Assembly (NCBI RefSeq): GCF_009914755.1
Contig: NC_060925.1
Direction: 5' to 3' (one strand)
Origin: the human T2T-CHM13v2.0 reference genome, Homo sapiens
DNA length: 64,000 nt
In this document: positions 1-15,825 of the stretch, one piece after another
How positions within the stretch are numbered: position 1 is the first letter of the stretch
Layout of the letters: every line of letters begins with the position of its first letter
Program-made: the position numbers and the translations under genes
Notes under the pieces: model-generated
Database searches by the model: none
Told to the model about the DNA's origin: nothing
The model's input: only the letters and a program-made list of their open reading frames with translations

Positions 1-42
1 AATGAGCTGGCTGGCTGGAGACGGACAGGGTGCCAGAGACTA

Positions 43-211
43 CTAGCCAGTCAGGGTCACAGCTGTATTGGTCGATTGCTGGGTTCCTGTTGGCTTGGTC
101 TGGATCATGTTATTTCTGGTGTTGGATTTCCTGTCCATGCTCCTGACCACGTCTCTCACCCACGTGGCTTGTGGATCAGCACAGACTTTTAGGCCACGTT
201 TGGTAATAAAA
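43..211 (-). CDS. XCL2: XCL2 coding exon 3
   Basis: Acceptor ttacag/TTTTATT; encodes [18 protein letters not shown]...TLTG; TAG at 45-43. Confidence 0.96.
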
Positions 212-3056
212 CTGTAACGCAAGGAAAAGACAGATGAAGTTAGCCACGTTCTCAAAGCCTCAGGGTCAGGAGTTAAGATCAGGGCAGACATGAAGAGATC
301 TTGTGCAGAAATTACTGCAAGAAATAGTCTTTCAGAGCCATGAGATCATAAATGAGTACCCTTCTTCTGCCATCTATTTTAACATAAAGGAGAAATATCT
401 GCAAGTAGTATCCAGCCCCTTTGTTCACCATAATTCACAGGCTCCTTTTCTCATCCATGTCACCAAATGTTGTAACAAAAAGACATTTGAGGCCATCTAG
501 TTCCATTATTATATAACCTCTTCCTTTTCAAATTTGAAAATACTCATCTTATTTTTTTTTAAAAAGGTGATTTTTACATTTTCATTCTTTAGAGCAAAGC
601 TTGCAATATGTATTGGGAAGAGTTATTACTTCTAAAAATGAGATTCTGGTAGAAGAAAGGGACCATGTAGGTTGTGCATTGACTCATTTTCTTGAAATAT
701 GGCAACTGATAAAGTATGGGACTCTGCCTAACTCAACCCTAAGATCCCCCAACTCCAGTGAGGCTTGCAGGGAAACCCTGACATGAGCCAGCCATCTCTA
801 AACCCAGATCTCAGAGCTGTGCACAGTATTCAACAGACTCTTCCACTAAGACAAATAGAGGAGGACTTCTATTCTTTCTTTGGCAGCCCAATTTCTGCAA
901 TAATCGCTATTCGGTTGGGCTGCAGAAAGACATGATTGATAAGGAAAACTAAAGAGGTTTTTGGTTAAGTTGAGGTGTTCCTCTATGCTGACCTACTTTT
1001 CCTGAGGACGGCAGCATTTCTATAGAGTGTATTTCTATACCTCTAGGTACCCACCCAGCCCAACTTCTGAGGAGGCAGACTCACATTACTGCTCTCAAGG
1101 AGCCTTCCGTGATGGTGTAGGTCTTGATTCTGCTAACTGGCAGTCGCTGGGTAGTGAGGCTCACACAGGTCCTCCTATGTGAGACTTCACTCCCTACACC
1201 TGATGAGGAAAAAAAAACAACAGACAATTAAAAATAAAGCAATTACCCAGATCACAGGAACAATCGTCTGTTAAATTACTCTGAGAATGTTGTGAGAATA
1301 TAAGGCCATTTGCTTTTTGGGGGAAGAGAGGACTGATAGGCATCCCGAATCTCTTGCCCGTCACAGATTCTTAGTAAATATTTGACTAATTTAAAAACTC
1401 AATCAACAGAATTGTTTCAGGAATTTCATGCTGAGAGAAAATAACAAGATGTTATCCCGTCTCTGTGTATATTTTCACTTAGACATTTGGGACGGCTAGC
1501 AAATGCCCCAGTGACACGCATTCATTCATTTATACAATGGTGCCTGTTGTGTCCCACATGTTTTATTAAGACAGACATTATCCCTGTTTTCATAGAGCAT
1601 ATCTTCTCATGAGGGAGCCAGGCAGCAGACAGGCAAACAGAAAAGATCATTTCAAATAGTGCAACATGTTACAGTACCATAAGTGAGATGACAGAGTAAT
1701 GCGTGAAGAGTACTCTAGGCAAGGCAACATTCAGTGAGGGAAGGAAGCATGCTTTTGACTGAGTAAATAAAGGTGTTCCCCTTTTTAAATGGTCAAATTT
1801 CCCTCTCTGTCAGCTGCCTAAGATGCTGAAAAGAAAGAAGGCCAAAGGAAAGAAGGTGGCCCAGTCCCTGCCGTCGTGAGGAAGCAGGAGGCTAAGAAAG
1901 TGATGAAACCGCTGTGTGAGAAAAGGCCTAAGAGTTTTCTTAGGCAGGCATTGGACAGGACATCCAGCCCAAAAGAGACCTCCACTGCTTTGTGAAATGG
2001 CCCCGCTATATCTGGTTCCAGCTGCAAAGAGCTATCCTCTATAAGCAGCTGAAAATGCCTTCTGCCATTAACCAGTTCACCCAAGCCTTAGACCCCCAAA
2101 CAGCTACTCAGCCACTTAAGCTGATCCACAAGTACTGACCAGAGACAAAGCAAGAGAAGAAGCAGAGACTGTTGGCCCAGGCTGAGAAGAAAGCTGCTAG
2201 CAAAGGGGTTGTCCCCACTAGGAAATCACCTGTTCTTTGAGCAGGGGTTAACATCATCACCACCTTGCTGGAAAACAAGAAGTCTCAGCTGGTAGTGATT
2301 GCACATGGTGTGGACCCCATCAAGCTGGTTATCTTTCTGCCTGTCCTGCGTCCTAAAATGGGGGTCCCTTATTGCATTATCAAGGGGAAGGAAGGCAAGA
2401 CTGGGACATCCAGTCCACAGCAAGCACTACTGTCGCCTTCACACAGGTTTTGTATTGAAAACATTGATTTGCTCCAGAACATACATCCTCTGGTGCATCC
2501 CCATATTGTAACTGAACTCTCTAAGATTTTGATAATTTATCAAACTATATATTAAATGGGCAAAACCTACAAATGCATTTATAATCATCACCTCTAATCC
2601 ATAGCTAACATTAATCAAAAAATTACTGCTTGTAAGGAAATCTGATGTTATTAAATAAACCATAATATTTATTTAATCTTAATCTCAGGTGATCATGTCT
2701 CTTATTCTATTCAGTTTATACATAAATAAGCACAGGCCCTGAGTGGTTAAGGAATTTACCTGAAATTACCCAATTAGGAAAAGTAGGAGCCCAGATACTA
2801 ATCAAATTCTCCCTGTTTTGGAAGTTTATGAAGCCCTCTACAGTCAAAATCATCATTCCTTTCTTGCACATGGGAAGTTTAAGGCTCCCCTGGAGACAGC
2901 AGTTTAGTCCAGTCAAAACCCGAGTCAAACCCAAAATGTGTGCCCACCTGCCTTGCCTCCCTATTCTTTATCTCACAGACAGCTTCTCCACTTACCTTCC
3001 ACAATGTATGCAGTGAGAGAGCAGATGCCAAGGAGGGCCAGGATGAGAAGTCTCAT
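43..3056 (-). CDS. XCL2: X-C motif chemokine ligand 2 (SCM-1 beta), 114 aa, join of 3056-2996, 1199-1085, 211-43
   Basis: 61+115+169=345 nt with GT-AG introns; signal peptide [21 protein letters not shown], mature [14 protein letters not shown]...TAVTLTG*; His-Arg (CAT AGG) at mature positions 7-8 is diagnostic of XCL2. Confidence 0.97.
1085..1199 (-). CDS. XCL2: XCL2 exon 2
   Basis: Polypyrimidine acceptor ...cctcatcag/GTGTAGGGAGT; encodes [37 protein letters not shown]; donor AT/gtgagt. Confidence 0.96.
1519..1755 (-). mobile_element. L2 3' fragment (mirror copy ~38600-38838, + strand)
   Basis: cattcattcattt tail and L2 3'-end-like sequence. Confidence 0.55.
1798..2449 (+). pseudogene. 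RPL7A (60S ribosomal protein L7a) processed pseudogene, 3'-truncated, antisense in XCL2 intron 1
   Basis: Pyrimidine leader, then ATG at 1823; L7a peptides KKQEAKKV-like and [17 protein letters not shown]; frameshifts and stops, no introns; cut at ACACAGGTT. Confidence 0.92.
2715..2810 (-). mobile_element. MIR fragment (mirror copy ~35975-36070)
   Basis: ggccctgagtggttaaggaatttacctgaaattaccca resembles the MIR core. Confidence 0.45.
2996..3056 (-). CDS. XCL2: XCL2 coding exon 1 (signal peptide)
   Basis: ATG at 3056-3054 in GCCATG context; donor AAG/gtaagt from 2995. Confidence 0.96.
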
Positions 3057-3114
3057 GGCTGAGGTCCCGCTGAGCTGTGCAGGGAGAGTGAGGATCGGGC
3101 TCTTTGAGGATCTC

Positions 3115-3200
3115 TTTTATGCCTCCAATGGTCAGTGCACTTCCTGTGGTGAGAGGGGGCTTTCGAGGTGGGTATAGGATCATGGAAAGTCTTTGCAATA
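3115..3200 (-). promoter_or_regulatory. XCL2 proximal promoter: TATA-like CATAAAA, RUNX/ETS overlap, NFAT-type GACTTTCCAT element
   Basis: CATAAAA 3121-3115; ACCACAGGAAGT 3150-3139; GACTTTCCAT 3191-3182. Confidence 0.7.
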
Positions 3201-4399
3201 CTGATGCTTTTATTTTTCTTAAAAAAAAAAAATGTCCCTTTCCCTGTTCATACTAACCTATCGCCTTGTGGCCTTTACCCCTTTGTCTGTGGTTAATGTG
3301 TCAATTAAACCAAATGCATGCATAAAAGAAAACGTGGTTGTGTTGTCTCCTGCCACCAGCCTGAATTCAGATCTTCCACCGTAGACATGCCTGAAGGCTG
3401 TTCACTGCCATGGCCCACCACGGAAGCTGTAAAGGAAATGAGGTGGGGTGGTCACTGTGTTCCATCCCACCTCATGTGACATCCAGTGTGACATGAGGCT
3501 TCCACAACCATGGATCATGAGTCCCTGATGCCACCCTTTGACTCTCTCAGGAGGGGAAGAGAGGCTGCTGCCACACTGAGCTTCTCGATCCTTTGCTTTC
3601 TTGGTTCTCATTTTTCTCCTCCACCTTCATTCAAGTCACCCCCCTTTCTTCACCCCATCTCCCCAGGTACCCAAGAAACAATTAAATAACTGTTTAAGCA
3701 TGTCTACATGCATGTGTTTGCTTTATTACAACTTAACATACACATTTATAGAAGCTTTTGAAAAGCTGTGCTGTACCAATTTATTTCAAATTAAAAAAGA
3801 AATAAAATTATAATCTTACCATCTGACAGTTTTCATTTTCAATATTTTTCCAGTGAATCTGTATTGGCATACATGTGTTCTCATAATTGTGGTAATTTTA
3901 AATGCTGTTTTAACACCAATTTAAATATCTTCCCATTTTTTTAGCCTTCATATTTCTACTTCGAGTAAATATATACACATACAAATTAAACCATTTTCTT
4001 ATAACTTATTATAAAGATCAGAACTATAAGGTCGATTTCATTAATATACACTGAATTACTTCCCTTTAATAACCAGGAGTAGGATTACTGGGAAAAATGA
4101 TATGATCATCTTTATAGCTCTTATTATATATTGCCATATAGTCTCCCAAAATGTAATTTTGATTTGCAATACTCCCAGTAGAATTTAAATATACTGATTG
4201 CACTGGAACTTTTCTGCCACTGAGTTTGTTGTGTGGTGGTTGTTCTTTATTTTACATAGGTATCTATAAAATGTATTTATTAAATATATGTGTAGTTAAA
4301 GGTCCTTTGCTATTAGGAATATGAAAATAAATTCCTATGTTTTCATAAAAAGTATAGGTTAACCTCTAAGAGACTTCCCACTAATCGCATTTGATTTTT

Positions 4400-5332
4400 C
4401 ACCCAGACTTCATTCTAAACTTCAAACTGGCTCTTTAATGATCTCTACCTTACTGCACAATCACTCCTTGAACACTGGACACATCTTCTATTCAAACTGC
4501 TTCTCCTCATATTAGTCCTTAGCATGGAGCAATGTGTTCTCTTCCATCTAATTTCCAAATACTGATATATAGGGATCATCTTAGACTCATTGCTATCCAC
4601 CTACATGTCATTCTCAACCAAACTGGACTAAGTATACCTTCTAGGTAGTTCTTTGAGATGTGTCCTCCTTTCTTCCCACACTGCTCAAATGTTAGGCCAA
4701 TTACAGTGGACTAACTGGTTACCCAGACCAGGGCCTCCTCTCAGTCTGTTCTCTGCAGCTTTGCCAGGGTAATCACTGTAAAGCCTCAATCTAATCATGC
4801 CATTTCCCTACTGAGAACCTCTTTGCTAACTTCCAATGCCTACAGGATGTATTTCAAATCTTTCATTGTGATATATAAGAATGCTCAAGATCTAGTACTG
4901 CTTTCCTTTCAGACTCACCTTCCACCATTCACTCACACACTCCCAAACCTTAACAAACACATACATGTGCAGCCAACCCAATGGGCCAGCCTCTTTTATG
5001 CTCCTCACATGTTTCCTTTAACTGGAATACCCATGACAGCTCCCTACATAGTTACTTGTAAACTCCTCCTCTCTGTATAAGTTTTCCTGAATTTTTTTGA
5101 TAAAATTAAGTTGTGCCACCCCTTTATGCTCTCTTAGAACTTTGTTCTGTTCTCATGGCTGTTCTGCAACGAATCTCATTGTGTTCTCCTACTCAATTAC
5201 ATTCCTGCGTCTCCCACTAGATGGCAGACTCTTTGAGAGTAGGAGATTCCCTTGTTATCTCTGGATCCCTGGCACTTGCAGAAAGCCTGTTACGTAATAA
5301 TTGCTCAACAATTAGTTTTTAAATAAATGAAT
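4400..5332 (+). mobile_element. L2 element (mirror copy ~33450-34380, - strand)
   Basis: L2-like body ending in gctcaacaattagtttttaaataaatgaat. Confidence 0.65.
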
Positions 5333-5404
5333 TATTTTTAAAACGCCAAAATTACAATGATTGTGCATTAAGTGAAAGATGACCATCTAAAAACATAAAG
5401 CCAT

Positions 5405-5648
5405 GCTTCATGACATTGGTCTAAGCAAATAAAGGAAACAAAGGCAAAAACAGACAAATAGAATTACGTCTAACTAAAAAGCCTCTGCACAGCAAAGGAA
5501 ATAATCAACAGAGGTAGAAGACCGCTTATGAAATGGGAGAAAATATTTACAAACTATACATCTGATAAGGAATTAATATGCAAAATATATGAAGAACTCA
5601 AGGAACTCATTAGCAAGAAAACAACACAATTTAAAAATGGGCAAAAGA
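5405..5648 (+). mobile_element. L1MA ORF2 fragment cut at the duplication breakpoint
   Basis: [22 protein letters not shown] peptide; mirror of 33135-33380. Confidence 0.8.
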
Positions 5649-9791
<4,143 letters not shown>

Positions 9792-9794
9792 TAG

Positions 9795-10717
9795 CAACAC
9801 CTTTCTTCCAGGTGCTCACATCAAAAGCCTTGGTCTCATCCAAGCCTTGATCTCATCCTAGCCTTGGTCTCTCCTCATTGTCTAACATTCTATACCCAGA
9901 TTGTCAGCAAATCATGTCAGTTCTACCTTCAAAATAAACCAGCGTTTGAGCCTTCCTATTGAGCTCTCTGGTTCAATAGGAGGTAATACCCTCCTAAGTG
10001 GTATTCCTGTGTCTATCTTAGCCCTCTGCAATCTACTATTAGCACAGCAGCCAGATAAACCCGTTGAAGTATAGGTCAGATTGTATTACACCTCCTCACA
10101 CATTTTCCCAATGTCTTCATTTCTCACTCAGAGCAAAAGCCAAAGTCTTATCAACAATCTATAAGAGCTAGAATGGCCTTGCTCCCCGTCATCTCTCTGA
10201 CTTCATTTTTTACCCCTCCTCTCCTTTGATTTCTCAAACCACCTACTTTGGACATCTTGACTATTTCTTGAATACATCTGGCACATTTTTGCCTCAAGGC
10301 CTTTGAACTTGCTGTTTCCTTTGCATTCCTGGAGTGCTCCTCCTCTAGATAGCTGTGTGGCTAACTCCCCCATTCTCTCTAGTTCTTTTCTCTAAAGTCA
10401 TCTTCTCAGTGATGCCTGTTTTCCAGCTACCCTATCTAAAATCTCAATTACCCCCTCCCCAATATCTCATCCTCCCCCTCCATCCTTTATTTTTTTCTCC
10501 TTAATGTGTAATAACATCCTGGTTTATAATATACTTGCATAAGTATAATAAATTTTACTTTTATAATCCTGTGGATTAACTTTCCTTTCCATCAGAATGT
10601 TTGCTCCATGAATTCAAAGATTTAGATTGTTTTGTTCACTCTTTTAGCCCTGGTTCTTAGAAATAATGGCTGACATGTTGTAGACCTCAATAAATATTTG
10701 TTTCATAAATGAATTAA
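9795..10717 (+). mobile_element. L2 (L2a-like)
   Basis: L2 body ending in ctcaataaatatttgtttcataaatgaat. Confidence 0.75.
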
Positions 10718-10989
10718 ACTAAATGTAGACAAAGATAAATGATTTCTTAGAACCCTATCCTACCATTGTTCCTTCTAAACATACATTTAAAAAGAATTCT
10801 TTCATCCTTTCGAGTGGAATAATTTTTATCATTCTTAGCCACAGCACTGTTGTAATCTTTAGTCACCAGAATTTTCAAATATTGACAAATGACAGCATTA
10901 GTGTTACCTAACCGTACCGTATTTTAATCAGTCACTTATGGAGTACCCATTTTGTTCCTAGAACTGGGTATTTGCTGAATTGTTACTGG

Positions 10990-11140
10990 AATGGAGATAT
11001 TTGGAAACAAACAGCTCTCTTATTTACCAACTGTGTGATGACCCCGTGCAATCACTACATCTCTGGGCCTCAGTTTTTTCCTCCTTAAATAGAGACAAAA
11101 ACACACACCCCTCCTAGTTGTTGAAAGCTGTATGAAACTT
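10990..11140 (+). mobile_element. MIR
   Basis: ctctgggcctcagttttttcctcc core. Confidence 0.6.
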
Positions 11141-11379
11141 CAGTCTATGCATACTTTCACCACAAGAAAAACAACTTCATTAGAAATAATAATTTTTCTG
11201 GTATTAATATAAATTTTACCACATATGCTTTTGCAAACATTACAGATATTGCTGCCCATTATTGCCTGCTAGGTGGGTAGAGAAAGTAGTGTACTTGTAA
11301 GGGAAGATTAGAACAGAGGCATATTATTTTAACATGCAAGAGAAGCCTTAACTGACTCTACATACTTGCAGAGCCACTA

Positions 11380-11590
11380 ACAACAATAACAATTTACCCT
11401 CTACAATATTTTACTGCATACAAAGCACTTTCTCATGTCTTATTTCATTTTGAAATCATATTTGGTAGGCAGGATTTATATGATCTCTTCCATTTTTTTA
11501 GAGGGGAAATTGAGTCCTCATTTAAGTGACTTGTCTGAGATGATGCAGTGGGTCAGTGGTGCAGCTAAGACTTTATTTCTGATTCCTTGA
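11380..11590 (-). mobile_element. MIR
   Basis: ccattttttagaggggaaattgag...taagtgacttgtctgagat core. Confidence 0.65.
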
Positions 11591-12049
11591 ATAACTCTCT
11601 TTGGAGTATCTGATGCTCCTATATTAGTAATTCTGTCAGCTGGGTGAGAGTCTAACAACAATTCACTTTACTGGCATCTACTCATTGAAGTATTGGTGTT
11701 TTTGGCCAGAGTTCAAGATTTCATATCCTTCAAAACACCCTCTTCATTATTTTGGAGAGGTCCTCTGAGGCCAGTGGAGAAATGCAGAAAACAACACAGA
11801 AGTCTGAGCTCTTTTTTGACATCCTCTTAGGTACCTGGTAGGATGACAGAATGTCCATGCTTCATGAGTGTCCAAAGAAGAAGCGGAGCCTTGAAATAGA
11901 AAATAACAGGTCAACAATTCCTCTTCAAGAGTCTATTATGTGCCTGACCCTAAAGGGAGACAGGCCGGATTGGAGCTCTAATTTTAGTTGAATGGCTAAC
12001 AGCCTCATCTAGTTCTCTTACCTACTGTTTAAATTCATTACTACAATGC

Positions 12050-12545
12050 TTAATCTCCCCAGCAGACTTCAGGTCCCCCAGACACATTGAGGTTAAAATC
12101 CACATGTGTTGGTTTACAAGGCGAAGTCCTTTGCTGTCTGGCTTCTTCCTACCTTTGCTATCTTAGAGCTCACACCAAATCAGCTTGCCCCATTATTATC
12201 CAGGCACTTGATTTCTTCATCCTCTCGACGTCATTAGACTTCGCCTTTGCCGGGAATACTGAGGCACCCTTTCTTCCTCCTTTATCTGGCTAATCTCTAC
12301 TCATCCTTTAAGACTTGTCTGAGTCACCAATCCTCTGTAATTCCTTCTCTTCCATCCTGCCCTTACCCACTGGGAGAGATGCCCCTTCTCTGTGGTCCCA
12401 CAAAACTCTTTGCTTTTTTCAAATACTGCATTATTACTATATGTTGTAGCGGCTTTCTTGACTCACCCTCTGTCCCCAGTGCTGTCACTGGGTATGGAAT
12501 TGTTAGATGCTCAATAAGGCATCTTTTGGATGAATGAATGAAATA
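12050..12545 (+). mobile_element. L2 3' portion
   Basis: Ends gctcaataaggcatcttttggatgaatgaatgaa. Confidence 0.6.
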
Positions 12546-12568
12546 TGAGTGAATGTTGTCAAATATGA

Positions 12569-12814
<246 letters not shown>

Positions 12815-15584
12815 TGATATAAAAGATGAAACTCAGCATACAATGAATATTCAGACGCATGACCTCAACTCTCAGTTTGGCTCTTATGTCCCTCCTGACC
12901 TTTGGACTTGATAGAGTTTAAGTCTTAGCTAGCCTGACACCAAGAATGTGACAAGAACCCTCTCTCGTAGAATGGAGCTATGACATGTGTCCACAGCAGT
13001 GTTACACAAAGGCTATGTGAAACAGCAGCTATTGTGAGTATGTGGGTGTCAGAGGCAATAGTTTGCTTTTTCCACATGTACCCCACGGAATACAGTACAC
13101 AGAGCACACACTGAATTAAAATGCTGGAACCCTGCCTCAGATGGGGAAGTTTCATGAAGAGAGAGTCAAAATGTGAGCCTTATGTGGTGGTGAATGGAGC
13201 AAAGGTCAGCTTTTCCACTCATACAGTAGCTCACTCAGACCACCGATTTCTCTCTCATGGCCTATCCCAAGCAGATGGGCCCCTCTCCAGGCTGCTGGTT
13301 AGGTGGGTACACTGGTGGTCCTACACCCAGGGGAATCTCCAGCTCAGAACCTTAGAGTCACCCATGGAAAGTTTAATGAGTAAGATTTTAAGTCAGAAAG
13401 CAGCAAAGGGTGAGAAACTTGGGGGCCAAGACGCAGGTCAGAGACTTCCTCCTCTGTCTTTAGCTCTCCTCCCCTCACTGCTCTCAAAATAGAAATTATT
13501 TCTCACCTGCTCCACTGCCTGCTCCCAACCTCAGCTTCAGGGTGGTCTACCACAGACATTCTGTCCTGACTGACAGCAGAGAAATCACCAACCTTTCTGC
13601 TGCCAGGCATCAAGCAGAGGAAGATTCAGTCTGGGCCAGGTCCCACCACCCCCTAAAATCATTTTGATCTTTGGCTGGCCAGAGTGAGGAAGCAATGAGG
13701 GTGACGAGGGAGCTCTGGAAAAGACACATTGCCTCTTGCCTCTTGTGGGTCTGAATGTAAGCAGGGGAAAAAGACATTGAACATCTGGAAACTTAGCTTG
13801 GGAGATCTTTGAGTATGGGAATGAATTGTCTTCTATACCTCTGAGCCTGCCACTGGCATAATCCCTGGCATCCAGTGGTCATTCAAAAATGATGATTACA
13901 TCATTGAATAAAGGAAAGAGGGGAGATGGGATTATTTCCCAGAAGGTAACTAGGTGCTTGTTAGCTCAGGAGAGCAGAGAGGAGATAATTTTCTTTTTGT
14001 ATTTTTTTTCTAAGGGGTCAAAGAAGAAGCAGGAATGCTCAATTATCTCCTGTAAATAACAACAAGGAGCTTGCAGCATGAGAATATGTCTAACTGCTTA
14101 GTAGATGCCATTTAGCGCTAGGGACAAGCTATTTTAAGTCATGATTAAGACCTAACTTGGCTAGGGGGCAACTTCTTCAAGGGCTGCTGGCTTGGGTACT
14201 GAGTAATAGTCTCATTTATTACCCCGGGCAGGGCAACTGGACTCACAGATGGAGTAGACCATCCTAACCACGGTTTGACTTGGGGGAAGGGTGATTCAGG
14301 CAGAGGAAACAACATGTGAGAAGACCCTGAAGTATGACAAAGCAGTGTCTTAGAAGTGACTTAATACATGAGGAAGAAGCAATGAAACTTAGCCAGTAGT
14401 ACTAGAAGTTCTAAGCAAAGTGAGAAATGTAGTAATTATTTCCATTTCGCCTAGTTTGATGGAATCATGGATTAACTTTTAGGGTGAAGTATCTGCAAAT
14501 CAGAGCTTGGGTTTAGGGTTAAAGCTTTTGAGGCCACCTCCACTCTGCCCCTGCACCCTTCCTTGCCCTCACCCTTCAAAACATTACAGAAAAGGTATTG
14601 TCACTTTTGATTCTTTCTGGAATAAACAAATCTCCACATTGCCTCAATTTTATTGACAGAAGGAAAGGGGGAGTTTGCTTTAACAGTGGCTGTCTGTTAC
14701 TTGCTGAATCTGATGATCTCAATTTGAGTTTCAGAATGTGCCCTCTTGGTCCTCTTTGTTTTGTTTTCATTTTTGCTTGCGCGTTTGTTTGGTCTTTGAT
14801 AAGTTACTTTTGTCAGACACCTATTGTTTGTCTGCTTGTTTCTCCTTCCAATTTTCTGAAAACTACCCCTTCTACCATCCTATACAAATGTTTACCCCTG
14901 TCCCCCAGGAATGTTGAGTGGGGCTTGAGAGATTCCAGTTTCAGTCTGGCTGGGACTTTGAACAGAGAACATGGAAACCAGGGTGGCTGTGATGTCCCAT
15001 ATGTTCTGTTGTGAGGTAAAGAAAGCTATCCTGCTGTGAGGGAACGTGAGATGGAGAGTGAGGCCCCCTGGGGTCTCTGAAAGGCTCCAACCCTGCATTC
15101 AGATTGTTCTCTGGGCCTGGGTGCATCTCTGCCCATGGCATTTATGAGCTTCCTTTTGATAATCCAGGTTATCCAGTATTTTATCTGGAGACCCTGGTTG
15201 GAGGAGACCTCAAAGGAATTCAATACAATTTTGATACAGAAATATGCTTTGCAGATCTGGTTCCTGTCCCACACTCCACTTCCACATTCCCTCTTCAAAT
15301 AGAAACAAATCATATAGGAACAGACTCTTCCTGGCTAGGATTTTGTTTTCAAAAACCAGACCTCAAACACAAAAGATGAAAAGTTTAAGTTTCCTGGTAA
15401 ATCAGGAAAAACTCCCATTCAGGTGTCCAGTTATTTAAGCAAAAGAAATTGTTTTGTTCTCCCTTTACTGAATTAAGTTACTAATTTTCCTCAAGTAACA
15501 TTACTCTAAAGTATTCTTTTAAGAACTTTCATTCTCACATACGTAAGATTTTGCATAATATTAACACTATATTGATAACATGAA

Positions 15585-15825
15585 CCAATAAATATTGAGT
15601 GTTTAATACATGCCAGGAACTCTTCTAAGTATTTTGCATGTGCTAACTAATTTGATTTTTGCAGCAGCCTCATCTGGTTTCTTATTATTTCCATTTTATA
15701 TATATAAGGAAGCTGAGGCACAGAGAGGTTAAATGCATTAAGTAGCTTGCAGGAGGTCACACACTAAGTGATCAAATGGAAATGAACATGGCAGTTTGGT
15801 TCCAGAGCCAGGGCTCTAAACCACA
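15585..15825 (-). mobile_element. MIR
   Basis: gaagctgaggcacagagaggttaa...gaggtcacac core. Confidence 0.8.

Larger units (their letters stand above)
1..5648 (-). repeat. Inverted segmental duplication, XCL2 arm (continues beyond window start)
   Basis: Reverse complement aligns to 33135-40354 (position 1 pairs with 40354, 5648 with 33135), apart from one ~1.57 kb gap. Confidence 0.95.

Noticed and set aside
43-291. 82-aa ORFs [11 protein letters not shown]... (also 40064-40312) as separate proteins
   Set aside because: They are exon 3 read back into intron 2; the real acceptors are at 211 and 40144
3402-3813. ORFs perfectly 'conserved' in two copies (also 34967-35378)
   Set aside because: Identity reflects the identical DNA tract, not coding constraint; no recognisable protein features
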